Positions 1 to 10,438 of a stretch of DNA of 64,000 nucleotides are shown piece by piece (position 1 is the first letter of the stretch; each line of letters starts with the position of its first letter). The notes under the pieces are model-generated. The model saw only the letters and a program-made list of their open reading frames with translations, had not been told where the DNA came from and ran no database searches. The stretch is from assembly GCA_902535185.1 (NCBI GenBank), contig CACAST010000001.1, positions 4,667 to 68,666 on the forward strand, written 5' to 3'. This DNA is from an uncultured Prochlorococcus sp. (GTDB lineage: Bacteria > Cyanobacteriota > Cyanobacteriia > PCC-6307 > Cyanobiaceae). The translations under genes and the position numbers were made by a program.

Positions 1-1
1 T

Positions 2-328
2 ATCACATTAAGTGGTGGACAACGACAAAGAACTGCACTAGGAAGAGCACTACTTGTTAATTCTCCTATTGTTGTTCTTGATGATGCTTTAGCAAGCGTA
101 GATAATAAAACAGCAGCAAGAATAATAGATGAAATGAGTGATAGAAGTAATAAAACAATCATTATGATTAGTCACCAACTTTCTGTTGCAGCTACCTGTG
201 ATAGGGTTTTAGTAATGGATAAAGGAGAAATAGTACAAGAAGGGGCTCATAAAGATTTAGTAAAAGTAAATGGCCTATATAAACAACTTTGGGAAAGAGA
301 ACTAGCTACCAGAATTGTTAAGAGCTAA
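2..328 (+). CDS. ABC transporter ATP-binding/permease (MdlA/B-like exporter), 3' part; gene begins before the window
   Basis: Frame from nt 2 reads ITLSGGQRQRTALGRALL..IVVLDDALASVD (signature, Walker B, D-loop), then the ISH switch. Confidence 0.9.
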   Translation: MTLSGGQRQRTALGRALLVNSPIVVLDDALASVDNKTAARIIDEMSDRSNKTIIMISHQLSVAATCDRVLVMDKGEIVQEGAHKDLVKVNGLYKQLWERELATRIVKS

Positions 329-364
329 AAAAAATTTTTTAACTTATAATGATTTATTTAAATT

Positions 365-1093
365 ATGTTTAAATTCCTAAAAAACATTATGAACAATGAG
401 GAGGTAAATTTAACTAATGATACTTATTCATTACATAGAGTATTAAAAACAGATATCAAAAAAGATCCAAATGAAGAAGAAGATGAAATAATTTTTGGAT
501 GTGGTTGTTTCTGGGGAGCTGAAAAATGTTTTTGGAAACTTCCAGGAGTTATTACAACTTCTGTAGGTTATGCTGGAGGTAAAAAAAACAATCCAACCTA
601 TTATGAAGTATGTTCAGGCTTAACTGGTCATTCAGAAGTTGTAAGAGTTATATGGGATAAAAGGAAAATTGATGTAAGTGATTTATTAAAAATGTTTTGG
701 GAATGTCATGACCCTACTCAAAAAAACAGACAAGGTAATGATATGGGAACACAATATAGATCAGCAATATATTACAAAAATCAAAATAATATTCAAACCA
801 TATTTGCCAGTAAGGAACAATATCAAACGGAACTAAGCAAAAAAAATCTTGGTTTAATAGAAACGGAAATAAAAATGATTGATTCATATTTTTATGCTGA
901 ACAATACCATCAACAATATCTTGCATCAGCTGGAAGCAGACAGTATTGTTCCGCTTCACCTACAAAAGTTAAGTTAGGAGTTTTTACTGGAAGCAACTAT
1001 AAATTAGAAGACCATATTTGGGAAAACTTTAATTGGGAAGTTGACAAGTGTGTATTGAGATCTGATAACAATCCTATAAAGAATAACATTTAA
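365..1093 (+). CDS. msrA: Peptide methionine sulfoxide reductase A
   Basis: GCFWG active site, GYAGG, RQGNDMGTQYRS, AEQYHQQY motifs. Confidence 0.97.
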   Translation: MFKFLKNIMNNEEVNLTNDTYSLHRVLKTDIKKDPNEEEDEIIFGCGCFWGAEKCFWKLPGVITTSVGYAGGKKNNPTYYEVCSGLTGHSEVVRVIWDKRKIDVSDLLKMFWECHDPTQKNRQGNDMGTQYRSAIYYKNQNNIQTIFASKEQYQTELSKKNLGLIETEIKMIDSYFYAEQYHQQYLASAGSRQYCSASPTKVKLGVFTGSNYKLEDHIWENFNWEVDKCVLRSDNNPIKNNI

Positions 1094-1120
1094 ATCAATC
1101 TAATCTTTATAGTAAAGACA

Positions 1121-1194
1121 CGGGGCGTAGCGCAGTTTGGTAGCGCACCACTTTGGGGTAGTGGGGGTCGTGGGTTCAAATCCCGCCGTTCCGA
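1121..1194 (+). tRNA. tRNA-Pro (GGG)
   Basis: Cloverleaf: acceptor CGGGGCG/CGTTCCG+A, anticodon arm CCACT-TTGGGGT-AGTGG, T-loop GGTTCAAATCC; CCA not encoded. Confidence 0.97.
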
Positions 1195-1347
1195 TTATTT
1201 ATCGTCTTCATTTATAAAAGATTTGTATAATTTATATGAACTTATGCCTACTGCTATAAATGTAAAAGAAGAAAAAAAAGCTAAAACCAATATAGTTAGA
1301 TTTGAAACTTCCACTTCACCTAATTGGAAAGATATAAAAATGTTCAT
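1195..1347 (-). CDS. 50-aa single-TM microprotein (not in ORF track)
   Basis: Manual translation MNIFISFQLGEVEVSNLTILVLAFFSSFTFIAVGISSYKLYKSFINEDDK*; co-directional downstream of uppP. Confidence 0.55.
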   Translation of the reverse strand: MNIFISFQLGEVEVSNLTILVLAFFSSFTFIAVGISSYKLYKSFINEDDK

Positions 1348-1402
1348 TAGAAAGAATTTTTTTAAACCTTAACACAATTGCAAAAAATATTTTTTCATCC
1401 AA

Positions 1403-2203
1403 TTATAAATTCAGAAGAATTACTATACCAAAAATTACTCGATAGATGATAAATATTTTTAACCCATTTGATGAAAAATACTTTAATAAGAAATCTATTG
1501 CTAATAAAGACGAAACAAATGCGGTAAGAAGACCAACTAAAAGAGGGAAAAACCCTAATGCAAAAAAATTATTAAAAGAAGAAATAAACTCAACAATCGC
1601 AGCAATAGAAATAGCTGGCATTCCTAAAAGAAAAGAAAATTTCGCAGCATCGCCTCTCTCCCATCCTGATATTAAAGCACTAGAAATAGTGATCCCCGAT
1701 CTTGAAACACCTGGAAAAATTGCAAATGCTTGAAATAAACCTATCAAAAAGCTATTTGAATAATTATGGTTTTTAATATTAATAGAACCTCTTCTCGAAC
1801 TATCTGCCAAGTACATAAAAAAAGCCATTAGAAATGAGACCAATGCTATTGATAAATTTGAACGAAGAACGTTTTCAAAAAAAGAAGGGATAAATATTTT
1901 TATACTCCCACCAAGCAAAACAATAGGTATAGTACCAATCAAAATAGACCTTAATAATCTTTCATGTAAGAGATATTCAAGAAATTTTTTGGAAGGTTGA
2001 CCTCTGAAATTAAAAATATCATTCCTAAAATAACAAGCTATAGCAAGAACACTTCCTAGTTGAATAGTAGCGGACAAAGATACTCCAGGATCATCAATCC
2101 CTAAAAAAAGAGATATAACTTTTAAATGAGCTGTACTACTTACAGGGATAAATTCCGTCAAACCTTGAATTAATCCATATAAAACAAATTTTAAATATTC
2201 CAA
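1403..2203 (-). CDS. uppP: Undecaprenyl-diphosphate phosphatase
   Basis: GLIQGLTEFIPVSSTAH and PGVSRSGITI BacA motifs; hydrophobic. Confidence 0.97.
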   Translation of the reverse strand: MEYLKFVLYGLIQGLTEFIPVSSTAHLKVISLFLGIDDPGVSLSATIQLGSVLAIACYFRNDIFNFRGQPSKKFLEYLLHERLLRSILIGTIPIVLLGGSIKIFIPSFFENVLRSNLSIALVSFLMAFFMYLADSSRRGSINIKNHNYSNSFLIGLFQAFAIFPGVSRSGITISSALISGWERGDAAKFSFLLGMPAISIAAIVEFISSFNNFFALGFFPLLVGLLTAFVSSLLAIDFLLKYFSSNGLKIFIIYRVIFGIVILLNL

Positions 2204-2270
2204 AAATTATTAAATTACATAATTAATTAATAGCAATTTACATTAAAAAATTAAAAGCTAGTATGGAAAA

Positions 2271-2543
2271 ATGAAAAAAAATTCTATTTTAATTTTATTT
2301 TTTCTCTTTTCCTTAATCTTTCATGGTTCTGCGAAAGCTAATTATTGGTTAATAATTGGAACCTACAGACAAGGGCCTGGAGGAAGGCCAGAGGTTAGCG
2401 GAATAACAAGCCCTTCCTTACATTCTATTCCCATGAAAGATTTAGATACTTGTAATAAGGCAGGAGAAAAAATTACTAATGAAATATACAAACCAGTTTG
2501 GCAATTTGATAGTAGATGGACCTGTGTATTTAGAGGTGATTAA
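2271..2543 (+). CDS. Small secreted hypothetical protein
   Basis: Signal peptide MKKNSILILFFLFSLIFHGSAKA; two Cys in mature part. Confidence 0.75.
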   Translation: MKKNSILILFFLFSLIFHGSAKANYWLIIGTYRQGPGGRPEVSGITSPSLHSIPMKDLDTCNKAGEKITNEIYKPVWQFDSRWTCVFRGD

Positions 2544-2551
2544 TAGCAAAG

Positions 2552-2686
2552 TTACCTTTTAACATCGTGGGCACAACCATCTCCTTTATAGTTTTCACTC
2601 TCGTAAAAATCATTTTTTGTCCCAAAATAAACTGTTAATAAAACGAAAGGTAAGCTTAATATAAATAAAATAGTTGTTAAATCCAT
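2552..2686 (-). CDS. 44-aa single-TM microprotein (not in ORF track)
   Basis: MDLTTILFILSLPFVLLTVYFGTKNDFYESENYKGDGCAHDVKR*; TM plus FYES..YKGDG tail resembles a conserved cyanobacterial small protein. Confidence 0.75.
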   Translation of the reverse strand: MDLTTILFILSLPFVLLTVYFGTKNDFYESENYKGDGCAHDVKR

Positions 2687-2740
2687 AGTGTTAACATATT
2701 CAAGAGGGTAATTAAAAATTCAATTTTTATTAACTCATGT

Positions 2741-2866
2741 TTAATAATCTGTAGGTCCTTTAATACCAAGATAAAAGAAGGCTCCTAAACCAACTAAAAG
2801 TAAAACTCCAGCGATAGCTGCAGAAGGAACGAAACCTCCTATTGCAAAGGAAGAAAAATAATACAT
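2741..2866 (-). CDS. 41-aa single-TM microprotein (not in ORF track)
   Basis: MLYFSSFAIGGFVPSAAIAGVLLLVGLGAFFYLGIKGPTDY*; Gly/Ala-rich, GC higher than flanks. Confidence 0.7.
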   Translation of the reverse strand: MYYFSSFAIGGFVPSAAIAGVLLLVGLGAFFYLGIKGPTDY

Positions 2867-2955
2867 CTATTAAACTAAAACTAGTTTGATAATATCAATA
2901 AAAACAAAGTATTTGTAAAAAATTTTGACTCGAAGACAATTAGATAATTTCTCTT

Positions 2956-3183
2956 CTATGCTACTAAAGTCGAATCTTCGTTATCAGCAGAAATTCTTAT
3001 TCTTTCTTCCAACTTAGGGCCATATAATTCATTTCCCCAGATTTCAACTCTTGAATCATTTGGGGCCATAAAAGTGAGAATGTCTGTTGGGAATAGAACT
3101 CTTTCTAAGAAAAAATTTGATGGACCAATACATCTCAATACAACCATCCTACAGCCTTCATTTTTGTAAGAAAACTCAACCAT
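2956..3183 (-). CDS. DUF1830-family protein
   Basis: MVEFSYKN..RMVVLRC..FFLERVLFP pattern; start taken at the ATG at 3183; NtcA-type site upstream. Confidence 0.85.
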   Translation of the reverse strand: MVEFSYKNEGCRMVVLRCIGPSNFFLERVLFPTDILTFMAPNDSRVEIWGNELYGPKLEERIRISADNEDSTLVA

Positions 3184-3235
3184 CTTTAAGCAGCAAAATA
3201 TCATCAATTAAACACTATTAAGTGCTAAAAAAAAT

Positions 3236-3249
3236 GTATAAAAAATTAC
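3236..3249. promoter_or_regulatory. NtcA-type binding site upstream of the DUF1830 gene
   Basis: Exact GTA-N8-TAC (GTATAAAAAATTAC) about 50 bp upstream of the start. Confidence 0.7.
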
Positions 3250-3274
3250 TGAAAAAAAAGAAATTTAGAAAATG

Positions 3275-4219
3275 CTACAAATTCAATCCAGCCTCAACTA
3301 AATTTCTTTTTTGATCAATTAATAAAAGCGCGTAAGATTTAATATCATCAAAGCTTTTATGAGGAATTGAGACATTAAGCATTCTCAAAAAATTAGATAA
3401 TTTTTCATCTATAAGGGCGTTACCTTTCTGTAAAAACATTTCTTTTTCCTGATTTGTTTTCCATATATTCATGTATTCAATCTTCAATGGTTTTAAGTGC
3501 CAAATATTGTCTATTAAAGTCCAAATATCTAAATATTCATTTAGGTTATTCTGAATTTTTAATATATAAGATGATTCATGGAGACTCAAATTTGTTGTAT
3601 TTATAGGTCGATCATTTATGTCAATAGAATAAGGTTTTATTCCCAAAAACCATCCCTCAAGAATTAATAAATCAGGATTATCTAATCTCCAATGAGATCT
3701 ATCTCCTAAGCCATTTCTTAAAGATTTATCGAAAACTGGTACATTTAATTCTCCATTTATCTTCCAATTTAATAATTTTTCATGCATTAATTTTACTGAG
3801 TGACTTCCAGGAAACCCTCTTGAAACATTCCAAGGGTTATTCTTAATTGCTAATTTCATTTCATTTGACGGGAGATAAAAGTCGTCAATTGAAATAACCG
3901 CAATTTTGAAATTTAATTTTAAAGAAATAGCTTCGAGCCATTTACCTAATGTTGTTTTACCTGTGCCAGGCAGAGCTGAGATTCCAATAATTTTTCTATC
4001 AGAAAAATTATTTTGATATTTATAAGCCTGAGACAAAAGAGGTAAAGCCAAACCCCAAATCCAATCATCATTTACTTTATTGTTCCAATATTGATCAATT
4101 GAAAGAATATTTCTTTTATTATTCCAAAAATTGAGCCAATCTTCCAAGGATTCCCAGCCAATATCAATAATTAATTTTTCAAATTTATCAAGAGGAAAAT
4201 TAATATCTAAATCTTTCAT
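3275..4219 (-). CDS. P-loop kinase, D-glycerate 3-kinase (GLYK)-like
   Basis: Walker A ALPGTGKTT, SIDDFYL, RGFPGSH, PVFDKSL..GLGDR, ILEGWFLG. Confidence 0.8.
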   Translation of the reverse strand: MKDLDINFPLDKFEKLIIDIGWESLEDWLNFWNNKRNILSIDQYWNNKVNDDWIWGLALPLLSQAYKYQNNFSDRKIIGISALPGTGKTTLGKWLEAISLKLNFKIAVISIDDFYLPSNEMKLAIKNNPWNVSRGFPGSHSVKLMHEKLLNWKINGELNVPVFDKSLRNGLGDRSHWRLDNPDLLILEGWFLGIKPYSIDINDRPINTTNLSLHESSYILKIQNNLNEYLDIWTLIDNIWHLKPLKIEYMNIWKTNQEKEMFLQKGNALIDEKLSNFLRMLNVSIPHKSFDDIKSYALLLIDQKRNLVEAGLNL

Positions 4220-4223
4220 CTTT

Positions 4224-5012
4224 CTAACTTAGTTCTCGCTTATTTATTAATTTATTGATTTCATTTTTCCATCCATATCCATTTGGTTCAGAAGCCAAAG
4301 TAAATTCCAAATCTTTTAATTGATCTAGTAAATTTAAGTTAGGCCCATCGATTCCAGGAATAACTATTTTAATATCTGAGTTTAAAAGTAGAGGCAAATC
4401 ATTTGGAGAATCGCCTAAACCTATAATTTTTATATTATGAATATTTGAATATTCTTTAAGAGCATTAATTGCTTTCCCTTTATTCGAATTTGTAGATAAT
4501 AAGTGACTCATTCTATTGCCCTTAAAAATATCAACACTGAATTTTTTACAACAGATATTAATTTTCTCTTCTAAATTACTTGGCGGATTTAAAAAAGGCA
4601 TGCTCCAGTGTCTATCGCGCATTAAATTCAATGAGTTGCCTACTAAACCTGTAAGCTCAGTGGCTTCTTGATCAGTGAGATTATTAAGAGGAGTAAGTTT
4701 ATAATCAATTTCTTTAGAAATAAAATTTAAGATTTCTTCAAGAGATTCGTATTTTTTTCCAAGAATAATTTCTCCATTAAGAGATTCACCATATATTGCC
4801 GCACCATTCTCAACAATATAAGGATCCGTCAAGTTAAGTTCCTTTCTAATAACTTTTACTTCAGAAGCGGTTTTGCTTGTACAAAGAATTACGGGTATAG
4901 ATAATTTTTGTAGTTTTTTTATAGTTTCTTTAGCAGGTGATAAATCATATGAGTGATCCATTAAAGTACCATCTACATCACTTACTACCCAAATAGAAGA
5001 ATTTTCTATCAT
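4224..5012 (-). CDS. gpgP: Glucosyl/mannosyl-3-phosphoglycerate phosphatase (HAD IIB)
   Basis: DVDGTL, CTSKT, ENGAAI, KGKA, GLGDSPND motifs; context next to gpgS. Confidence 0.85.
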   Translation of the reverse strand: MIENSSIWVVSDVDGTLMDHSYDLSPAKETIKKLQKLSIPVILCTSKTASEVKVIRKELNLTDPYIVENGAAIYGESLNGEIILGKKYESLEEILNFISKEIDYKLTPLNNLTDQEATELTGLVGNSLNLMRDRHWSMPFLNPPSNLEEKINICCKKFSVDIFKGNRMSHLLSTNSNKGKAINALKEYSNIHNIKIIGLGDSPNDLPLLLNSDIKIVIPGIDGPNLNLLDQLKDLEFTLASEPNGYGWKNEINKLINKRELS

Positions 5013-5014
5013 CT

Positions 5015-6775
5015 TTATAAAGCACTAAGCCAAATTACTTGAAAAGGATCAAGACTAATATTTTTGCAATTGTATTTAGTGGATGTTAAAAAATCATGGG
5101 TATTGAAATCATTATCAATTATTTTTGGTAGATCATTATCATTCAATTGATAATTAATTTTATTTTCAGTCATATTATGGATTGCAAAAACAGACTCAGG
5201 ACCTTTACCTCTTTTGATTACAACAATATCACTTCTACCTTTAGACAAACATTTCATTTGTGAACAAGGGTGAAATTGATTTAATTCTGATCGAACATCC
5301 ATAGCATTGCGAAGATATTCTAAGTTTTTATTAGCATTAGAGTCAGGATTATTTAAAACAGCTGAAAGATTTTCTGATTTAAACTTTTCTCTGTTTAGAT
5401 CTCTTCTTTGACCTGTCATAGAAAAACTTTTGATATCATTCTCTGAAGCTAGTAATGCTGGCAAATAGAATGCAGGGACCCCTTTCAGAGCCATTACTAA
5501 TAATTGACTTAAAATAAATCTCTCGTATTGAAATCTTTTAGCATCTCTACTGGAATCTTCCATTGCGCTCCACCAACTAATATTCAATTCATAAGGTTTA
5601 TCATCACCATTTGATAAACGTCTATGGCTTACTAATCCGCCTCTTTTCTCACAATTAATTAATAAATCTTTAATTCTATGCTCATTCATTAAACCCTCAA
5701 GAGCTCTTAGCCCAATACCATCGTGTGATGCAGTGAAATTAAATAAAGTAGTATCTTCAGGTAATATGGGCCAATCAAAAATCCATGAGTTAAGAATATC
5801 AGCTCTTGAAGTAATAATTGCTTCTAAGAGAAGTGGAGGCAATGGAAAATTATACGCCATGTGGGCTTCATCATCAGTAATCAGATAAGATAGATTTTCC
5901 TTCTGAGGAACATTAGTTTCAGTTATTAAAACTCCATCATCAAGAAGATTATTTAAAAGAACTCTCAAGAGTTTCACAATTGAATGTGCTTTTGGTAAAT
6001 GCAAGCACGTTGTCCCTGATTCCTTCCAAATAAAACCTACAGCATCAAGCCTTAACCATTTAATTCCATTAGATAAATAATTAATAATTAAATTTAAAAA
6101 CTCAAGAGTCATTTTTGGATTATGCCAATTCAAATCAATTTGATCTGGACCAAAAGTTGTCCAAACTTGTTTAGGACCATTTTCAGTATTGATTTGAGAA
6201 AACAAAGAGGAACTTCTTGGCCTAACTACATTTGACCAGTCAAGATTTTGGCTCGGTGAGAAAACATTTGATATACCGGGTTCTTGGGATTTAATAAATT
6301 GTTGAACCCAGGGGTGAGATGATGAGACATGGTTTAGTACTAAATCAGCCATCAAATCATGATTTTTAGAAATGCTTTTGAGATCATCCCAACCACCAAA
6401 TTTTTCTTCTAGAGAATCATAACTTGAAACTGCGAAACCTCCATCGCTTGTGGATTTCAGAAAAGGAAGAATATGTACAACTCTAGAAAGACTGCCAAAA
6501 TGTTTACTTAACAACTTCCTAAGAGTAATTAATGTTGCCTCGCCATTTTTATAAATACTATCTGCATATGTTATCAAAACTGAATGAGATTCATTCCACC
6601 TTTCCTTATCTCTTATTTCTTCATAAGAAGATTTCTCTAAGAAATCATCTAAAATCTGTAATAATTGGTTTGAAATAAAATTAATTTCTTCTGTAGTATG
6701 ATTTGAATAAATTGTTTTTAACAATTTATCAATTTTTAATCTATCTAATTTTTTCTCTGAATCAATTTGCTTCAC
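5015..6775 (-). CDS. GH13_18 sucrose-phosphorylase-family enzyme, probable glucosylglycerate phosphorylase
   Basis: LITYADS, HILPF..SDGGFAV, WTTFGPDQIDLN, RLDAVGFIWK, ETNVP, ASHDGIG, YELNI motifs. Confidence 0.88.
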   Translation of the reverse strand: MKQIDSEKKLDRLKIDKLLKTIYSNHTTEEINFISNQLLQILDDFLEKSSYEEIRDKERWNESHSVLITYADSIYKNGEATLITLRKLLSKHFGSLSRVVHILPFLKSTSDGGFAVSSYDSLEEKFGGWDDLKSISKNHDLMADLVLNHVSSSHPWVQQFIKSQEPGISNVFSPSQNLDWSNVVRPRSSSLFSQINTENGPKQVWTTFGPDQIDLNWHNPKMTLEFLNLIINYLSNGIKWLRLDAVGFIWKESGTTCLHLPKAHSIVKLLRVLLNNLLDDGVLITETNVPQKENLSYLITDDEAHMAYNFPLPPLLLEAIITSRADILNSWIFDWPILPEDTTLFNFTASHDGIGLRALEGLMNEHRIKDLLINCEKRGGLVSHRRLSNGDDKPYELNISWWSAMEDSSRDAKRFQYERFILSQLLVMALKGVPAFYLPALLASENDIKSFSMTGQRRDLNREKFKSENLSAVLNNPDSNANKNLEYLRNAMDVRSELNQFHPCSQMKCLSKGRSDIVVIKRGKGPESVFAIHNMTENKINYQLNDNDLPKIIDNDFNTHDFLTSTKYNCKNISLDPFQVIWLSAL

Positions 6776-6825
6776 TTTGAAAAAATCATCGAAGTATTAA
6801 TACCATTCTGCACATCAATTAGAAA

Positions 6826-8052
6826 ATGGACTTTCAACAAGGTTTAATCACAACAATACATGAATATGGAGTTACAGGAAATTTACTTAAAGAATTAAAC
6901 AAAAGTCTTAAAAGAAGATCTACTAGCATTTTAATACCTTGCTTATATGAAGAGTTTGAACGGCCAGCATTAAAAGATATAAGAGAAGTTTTAAAAAACC
7001 TTACAGGCTTAAATGAATTAGTAATTGCTCTCTCAGCAAAAACTGTTGAGCAAGTTAAGGCAGCAAAATCATTTTTTGACTCAATGCCATTCCCAGTCCA
7101 CGTTCAATGGACTAATTCTCCCTTTGTAATTGAGCTACTAAAAAGCCAAGAAAAAAATGGATTAGAACTTTTAGGAACTCCTGGTAAAGGATGGGCTGTA
7201 TGGCAAGGCATAGGAGTTGCGACTAGGAAATCAGAAGTTGTTGCTCTTTTTGATGCTGATATAAGAACTTTTAGTCCTTTATATCCTTCAAGAATGATAC
7301 TTCCACTTCTGGATGAATCATATGGAATATCATATGTAAAAGCTTTTTACAGTAGATTATCTCTAGAAACAAATCAATTACAAGGTAGAGCAACAAGATT
7401 ATTTGTGGGTCCTTTACTAGCAAGTCTTGAGCAGTTAGTTGGTAAGGGTCCGTTTTTACAATATCTTCAATCATTTAGATATCCATTAGCAGGTGAGTTT
7501 GCTTTTACTAAAGACCTTGCTATGAATTTAAGAATACCTTGTGACTGGGGTTTAGAGATAGGTTTATTATCAGAGGTTTATAGAAATGTAAGGACCTCCA
7601 AAATAGCCCAAGTTGACCTAGGTTTATTTGATCATAAACATAAGAATATTGGAGATTCTTCTAAAGAAGGATTGCAAAAAATGTGTACAGAAATACTTTC
7701 AAGTGTTTTAAGAGGTCTCATGGAACATCAAGCCGAGACCTTAACTAGCACTCAACTAGCAACTTTAGAAGTTCTTTACAAAAGAGTTGGAGAAGATCGG
7801 GTAAAACAATTTGGATTAGATTCAGCAGTTAATCAACTTCCATACGATAGGCACGAAGAAGAATTATCAGTACAAAAGTTTGCGAAACTACTAAGACCTG
7901 CTACAGAGGATTATCTGGCTTGTCCTACGACACTTCAATTACCAAGTTGGTCAAGAGTTCTATCTTGTGAGAATAAACTTCAAGAAGATTTAGCTATTGC
8001 GGGATCAAAAGACATAAAGATAAGTGAAAAAGAATTAATTAAAAACTTCTAA
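6826..8052 (+). CDS. gpgS: Glucosyl-3-phosphoglycerate synthase
   Basis: GKGWAVW, DADI (DxD), [25 protein letters not shown] motifs. Confidence 0.9.
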   Translation: MDFQQGLITTIHEYGVTGNLLKELNKSLKRRSTSILIPCLYEEFERPALKDIREVLKNLTGLNELVIALSAKTVEQVKAAKSFFDSMPFPVHVQWTNSPFVIELLKSQEKNGLELLGTPGKGWAVWQGIGVATRKSEVVALFDADIRTFSPLYPSRMILPLLDESYGISYVKAFYSRLSLETNQLQGRATRLFVGPLLASLEQLVGKGPFLQYLQSFRYPLAGEFAFTKDLAMNLRIPCDWGLEIGLLSEVYRNVRTSKIAQVDLGLFDHKHKNIGDSSKEGLQKMCTEILSSVLRGLMEHQAETLTSTQLATLEVLYKRVGEDRVKQFGLDSAVNQLPYDRHEEELSVQKFAKLLRPATEDYLACPTTLQLPSWSRVLSCENKLQEDLAIAGSKDIKISEKELIKNF

Positions 8053-9758
8053 AGCAAAAAATACCTTTGAGCCATTGGGACTTCATCAAGTGGTTCACAA
8101 GTAAGAAGTTCTCCATCAGAAAAAACTTCATAAGTTTGAGGATCAACTGAAATATTTGGTAGTTTACTATTAAGTTTTAAGTTTGATTTATTGATATTTC
8201 TAGTATTTTCTACGGCAATACATTTCTTTTGTAAGCCTAATTTATTTGGAATATTTTGTTCAATTGAATTTTTACTTAAAAAGGTAAAAGAACTCTTAAT
8301 TAGAGATCGGCCAAAACTTGCAAACATAGGTCTACCATGTACAGGACCTGGAGTTGGAATTGAAGCATTTGCATCACCCATTTGAGACCAAACTATAGAT
8401 CCTCCTTTAACAACTAATTCAGGTTTTACTGCGAAAAAGGAAGGTTTCCACAATACTAAATCCGCAATTTTACCCTTTTCTATAGACCCAACATGTTTAT
8501 CAATACCATGAGCTATTGCAGGATTAATTGTGACTTTAGAAATATATCTCTTTACTCTATAATTATCGTTTCTATCAGAATCCTGCGATAGCGGCCCCCT
8601 CTGAACTTTCATTTTATGTGCTGTTTGAAAAGTTCTTGTTATTACTTCACCAACTCTTCCCATAGCTTGAGAGTCACTAGCGATAATTGAGAAGGCGCCA
8701 ATATCGTGTAGGATGTCCTCTGCAGCAATAGTCTCTCTTCTGATCCTTGATTCAGCGAATGCAATATCTTCTGGGATTTTAGAATCTAAATGATGACAAA
8801 CCATTAACATGTCAAGATGTTCTTCTAATGTGTTTCTTGTATAAGGTCTTGTTGGATTTGTACTACTAGGAAGAACATTTTTTTCTCCACAGATTTTTAT
8901 AATGTCTGGAGCGTGACCTCCACCTGCTCCTTCGGTATGAAATGTATGAATAGTTCTTCCTGCAATAGCGCTTATGGTGTCTTCAACAAACCCTGCCTCA
9001 TTCAAAGTATCAGTATGAATACATACTTGTACGTCAAAGTTATCTGCAACATTTAGACAAGAATTTATTGTAGAAGGAGTGGTTCCCCAATCCTCATGAA
9101 GCTTCAATCCACATGCGCCAGCTTCAACTTGATCAATAAGATTGCTCTCGTTTGTTGAGTTTCCTTTTCCAAAAAAACCTAAATTCATGGGAAATGCTTC
9201 AGCAGATTGAAGCATTCTTGAAATATGAAAAGAACCCGGAGTACAAGTAGTAGCATTTGTGCCAGTTGCAGGTCCAGTTCCTCCTCCCAGCATAGTTGTA
9301 ATTCCAGAGGCTAGTGCTGTCTCAATTTGTTGGGGACAAATAAAGTGAATATGGGTATCTATTGAACCTGCAGTAAGAATATGCCCCTCTCCAGCTATTA
9401 CTTCTGTTGATGCACCAATAACAATATCAACATTATCCTGGATATCAGGGTTGCCAGCCTTTCCAATTTCAAAAATCATTCCATCTTTTATACCCACATC
9501 AGCCTTAATTATTCCCCACCAATCTACGATCAAAGCATTAGTTATTACGGTATCTACAGCTCCATCAGTTCTTCTTACTTGAGACTGTCCCATCCCATCT
9601 CGAATAACTTTACCTCCACCAAATTTAACTTCATCTCCGTATGTAGTTAAATCCTTTTCTACTTCTATAAAAAGTTCTGTATCAGCGAGCCTTACTCTAT
9701 CTCCGGTAGTGGGTCCGTAAGTTTGAGCATAAGTTTTTCTATCAATTTTATAGGACAT
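8049..9758 (-). CDS. ureC: Urease subunit alpha
   Basis: [33 protein letters not shown]. Confidence 0.99.
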   Translation of the reverse strand: MSYKIDRKTYAQTYGPTTGDRVRLADTELFIEVEKDLTTYGDEVKFGGGKVIRDGMGQSQVRRTDGAVDTVITNALIVDWWGIIKADVGIKDGMIFEIGKAGNPDIQDNVDIVIGASTEVIAGEGHILTAGSIDTHIHFICPQQIETALASGITTMLGGGTGPATGTNATTCTPGSFHISRMLQSAEAFPMNLGFFGKGNSTNESNLIDQVEAGACGLKLHEDWGTTPSTINSCLNVADNFDVQVCIHTDTLNEAGFVEDTISAIAGRTIHTFHTEGAGGGHAPDIIKICGEKNVLPSSTNPTRPYTRNTLEEHLDMLMVCHHLDSKIPEDIAFAESRIRRETIAAEDILHDIGAFSIIASDSQAMGRVGEVITRTFQTAHKMKVQRGPLSQDSDRNDNYRVKRYISKVTINPAIAHGIDKHVGSIEKGKIADLVLWKPSFFAVKPELVVKGGSIVWSQMGDANASIPTPGPVHGRPMFASFGRSLIKSSFTFLSKNSIEQNIPNKLGLQKKCIAVENTRNINKSNLKLNSKLPNISVDPQTYEVFSDGELLTCEPLDEVPMAQRYFLL

Positions 9759-9762
9759 AATT

Positions 9763-10083
9763 TTAACTATTTAAGGAACCATTAACTAATGAATTAAAAC
9801 CATATGCATTTCTTAAACCTGAAAATGGGACTAATTTGACATCTGTTGTATCACCCGGTTCAAATCTAATTGCTGTTCCAGCAGGAATGTCAAGACGCAT
9901 ACCATGTGTTATTTCTCGATCAAAAATTAAAGCCTTGTTTGCTTCATAAAAATGATAATGAGATCCAACTTGCACAGGTCTATCTCCAGAATTAGAAACC
10001 GTTACTGTTATAACTTGCTTACTAAGATTTAGTTCGATTTCACCTTCTTCAGGAATTATTTCGCCAGGAATTAAATTACTCAT
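9763..10083 (-). CDS. ureB: Urease subunit beta
   Basis: [30 protein letters not shown]. Confidence 0.99.
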   Translation of the reverse strand: MSNLIPGEIIPEEGEIELNLSKQVITVTVSNSGDRPVQVGSHYHFYEANKALIFDREITHGMRLDIPAGTAIRFEPGDTTDVKLVPFSGLRNAYGFNSLVNGSLNS

Positions 10084-10085
10084 AA

Positions 10086-10388
10086 CTAATTAATCGGATT
10101 GTGAATAGTAACTAATTTAGTCCCATCGGGGAAAACCGCTTCTATTTGAACTTCATCAACCATTTCAGGAATGCCCTCCATAACTTGTGATTTTGAAAGC
10201 CAGGTAGTTCCCTCTGACATTAATTGACTTACACTTTTACCATCTCGTGCTCCTTCAAGAACTTGAAAACTTAAAAAAGCAATTGTTTCAGGATAATTAA
10301 GCTTAAGACCTCGACTGAGTCTTCTTTCAGCTAAGAGCGCAGCAGAAAAAATCAATAATTTATCCTTTTCTTGAGGTGAAAGATGCAT
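10086..10388 (-). CDS. ureA: Urease subunit gamma
   Basis: [25 protein letters not shown]. Confidence 0.99.
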   Translation of the reverse strand: MHLSPQEKDKLLIFSAALLAERRLSRGLKLNYPETIAFLSFQVLEGARDGKSVSQLMSEGTTWLSKSQVMEGIPEMVDEVQIEAVFPDGTKLVTIHNPIN

Positions 10389-10438
10389 AATAAAAAATTA
10401 ATCTATAAATTCTTAAAAAAGGTTCTTTCTGAACATAA

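Noticed and set aside
1121-1194. tRNA-Pro as an integration site for an island or prophage
   Set aside because: No integrase and no duplicated tRNA 3' end seen by eye in the window
3211-3226. AACACT-ATTA-AGTGCT resembling RHH half-sites
   Set aside because: Half-sites are in the opposite arrangement to AGTG-N3-CACT; single occurrence
6794-6803. GTATTAATAC palindrome before gpgS as an NtcA site
   Set aside because: Spacer is 4 nt, not 8
10422-10434. GTT-N7-AAC upstream of ureA as an NtcA site
   Set aside because: Wrong spacing and both half-sites deviate from consensus
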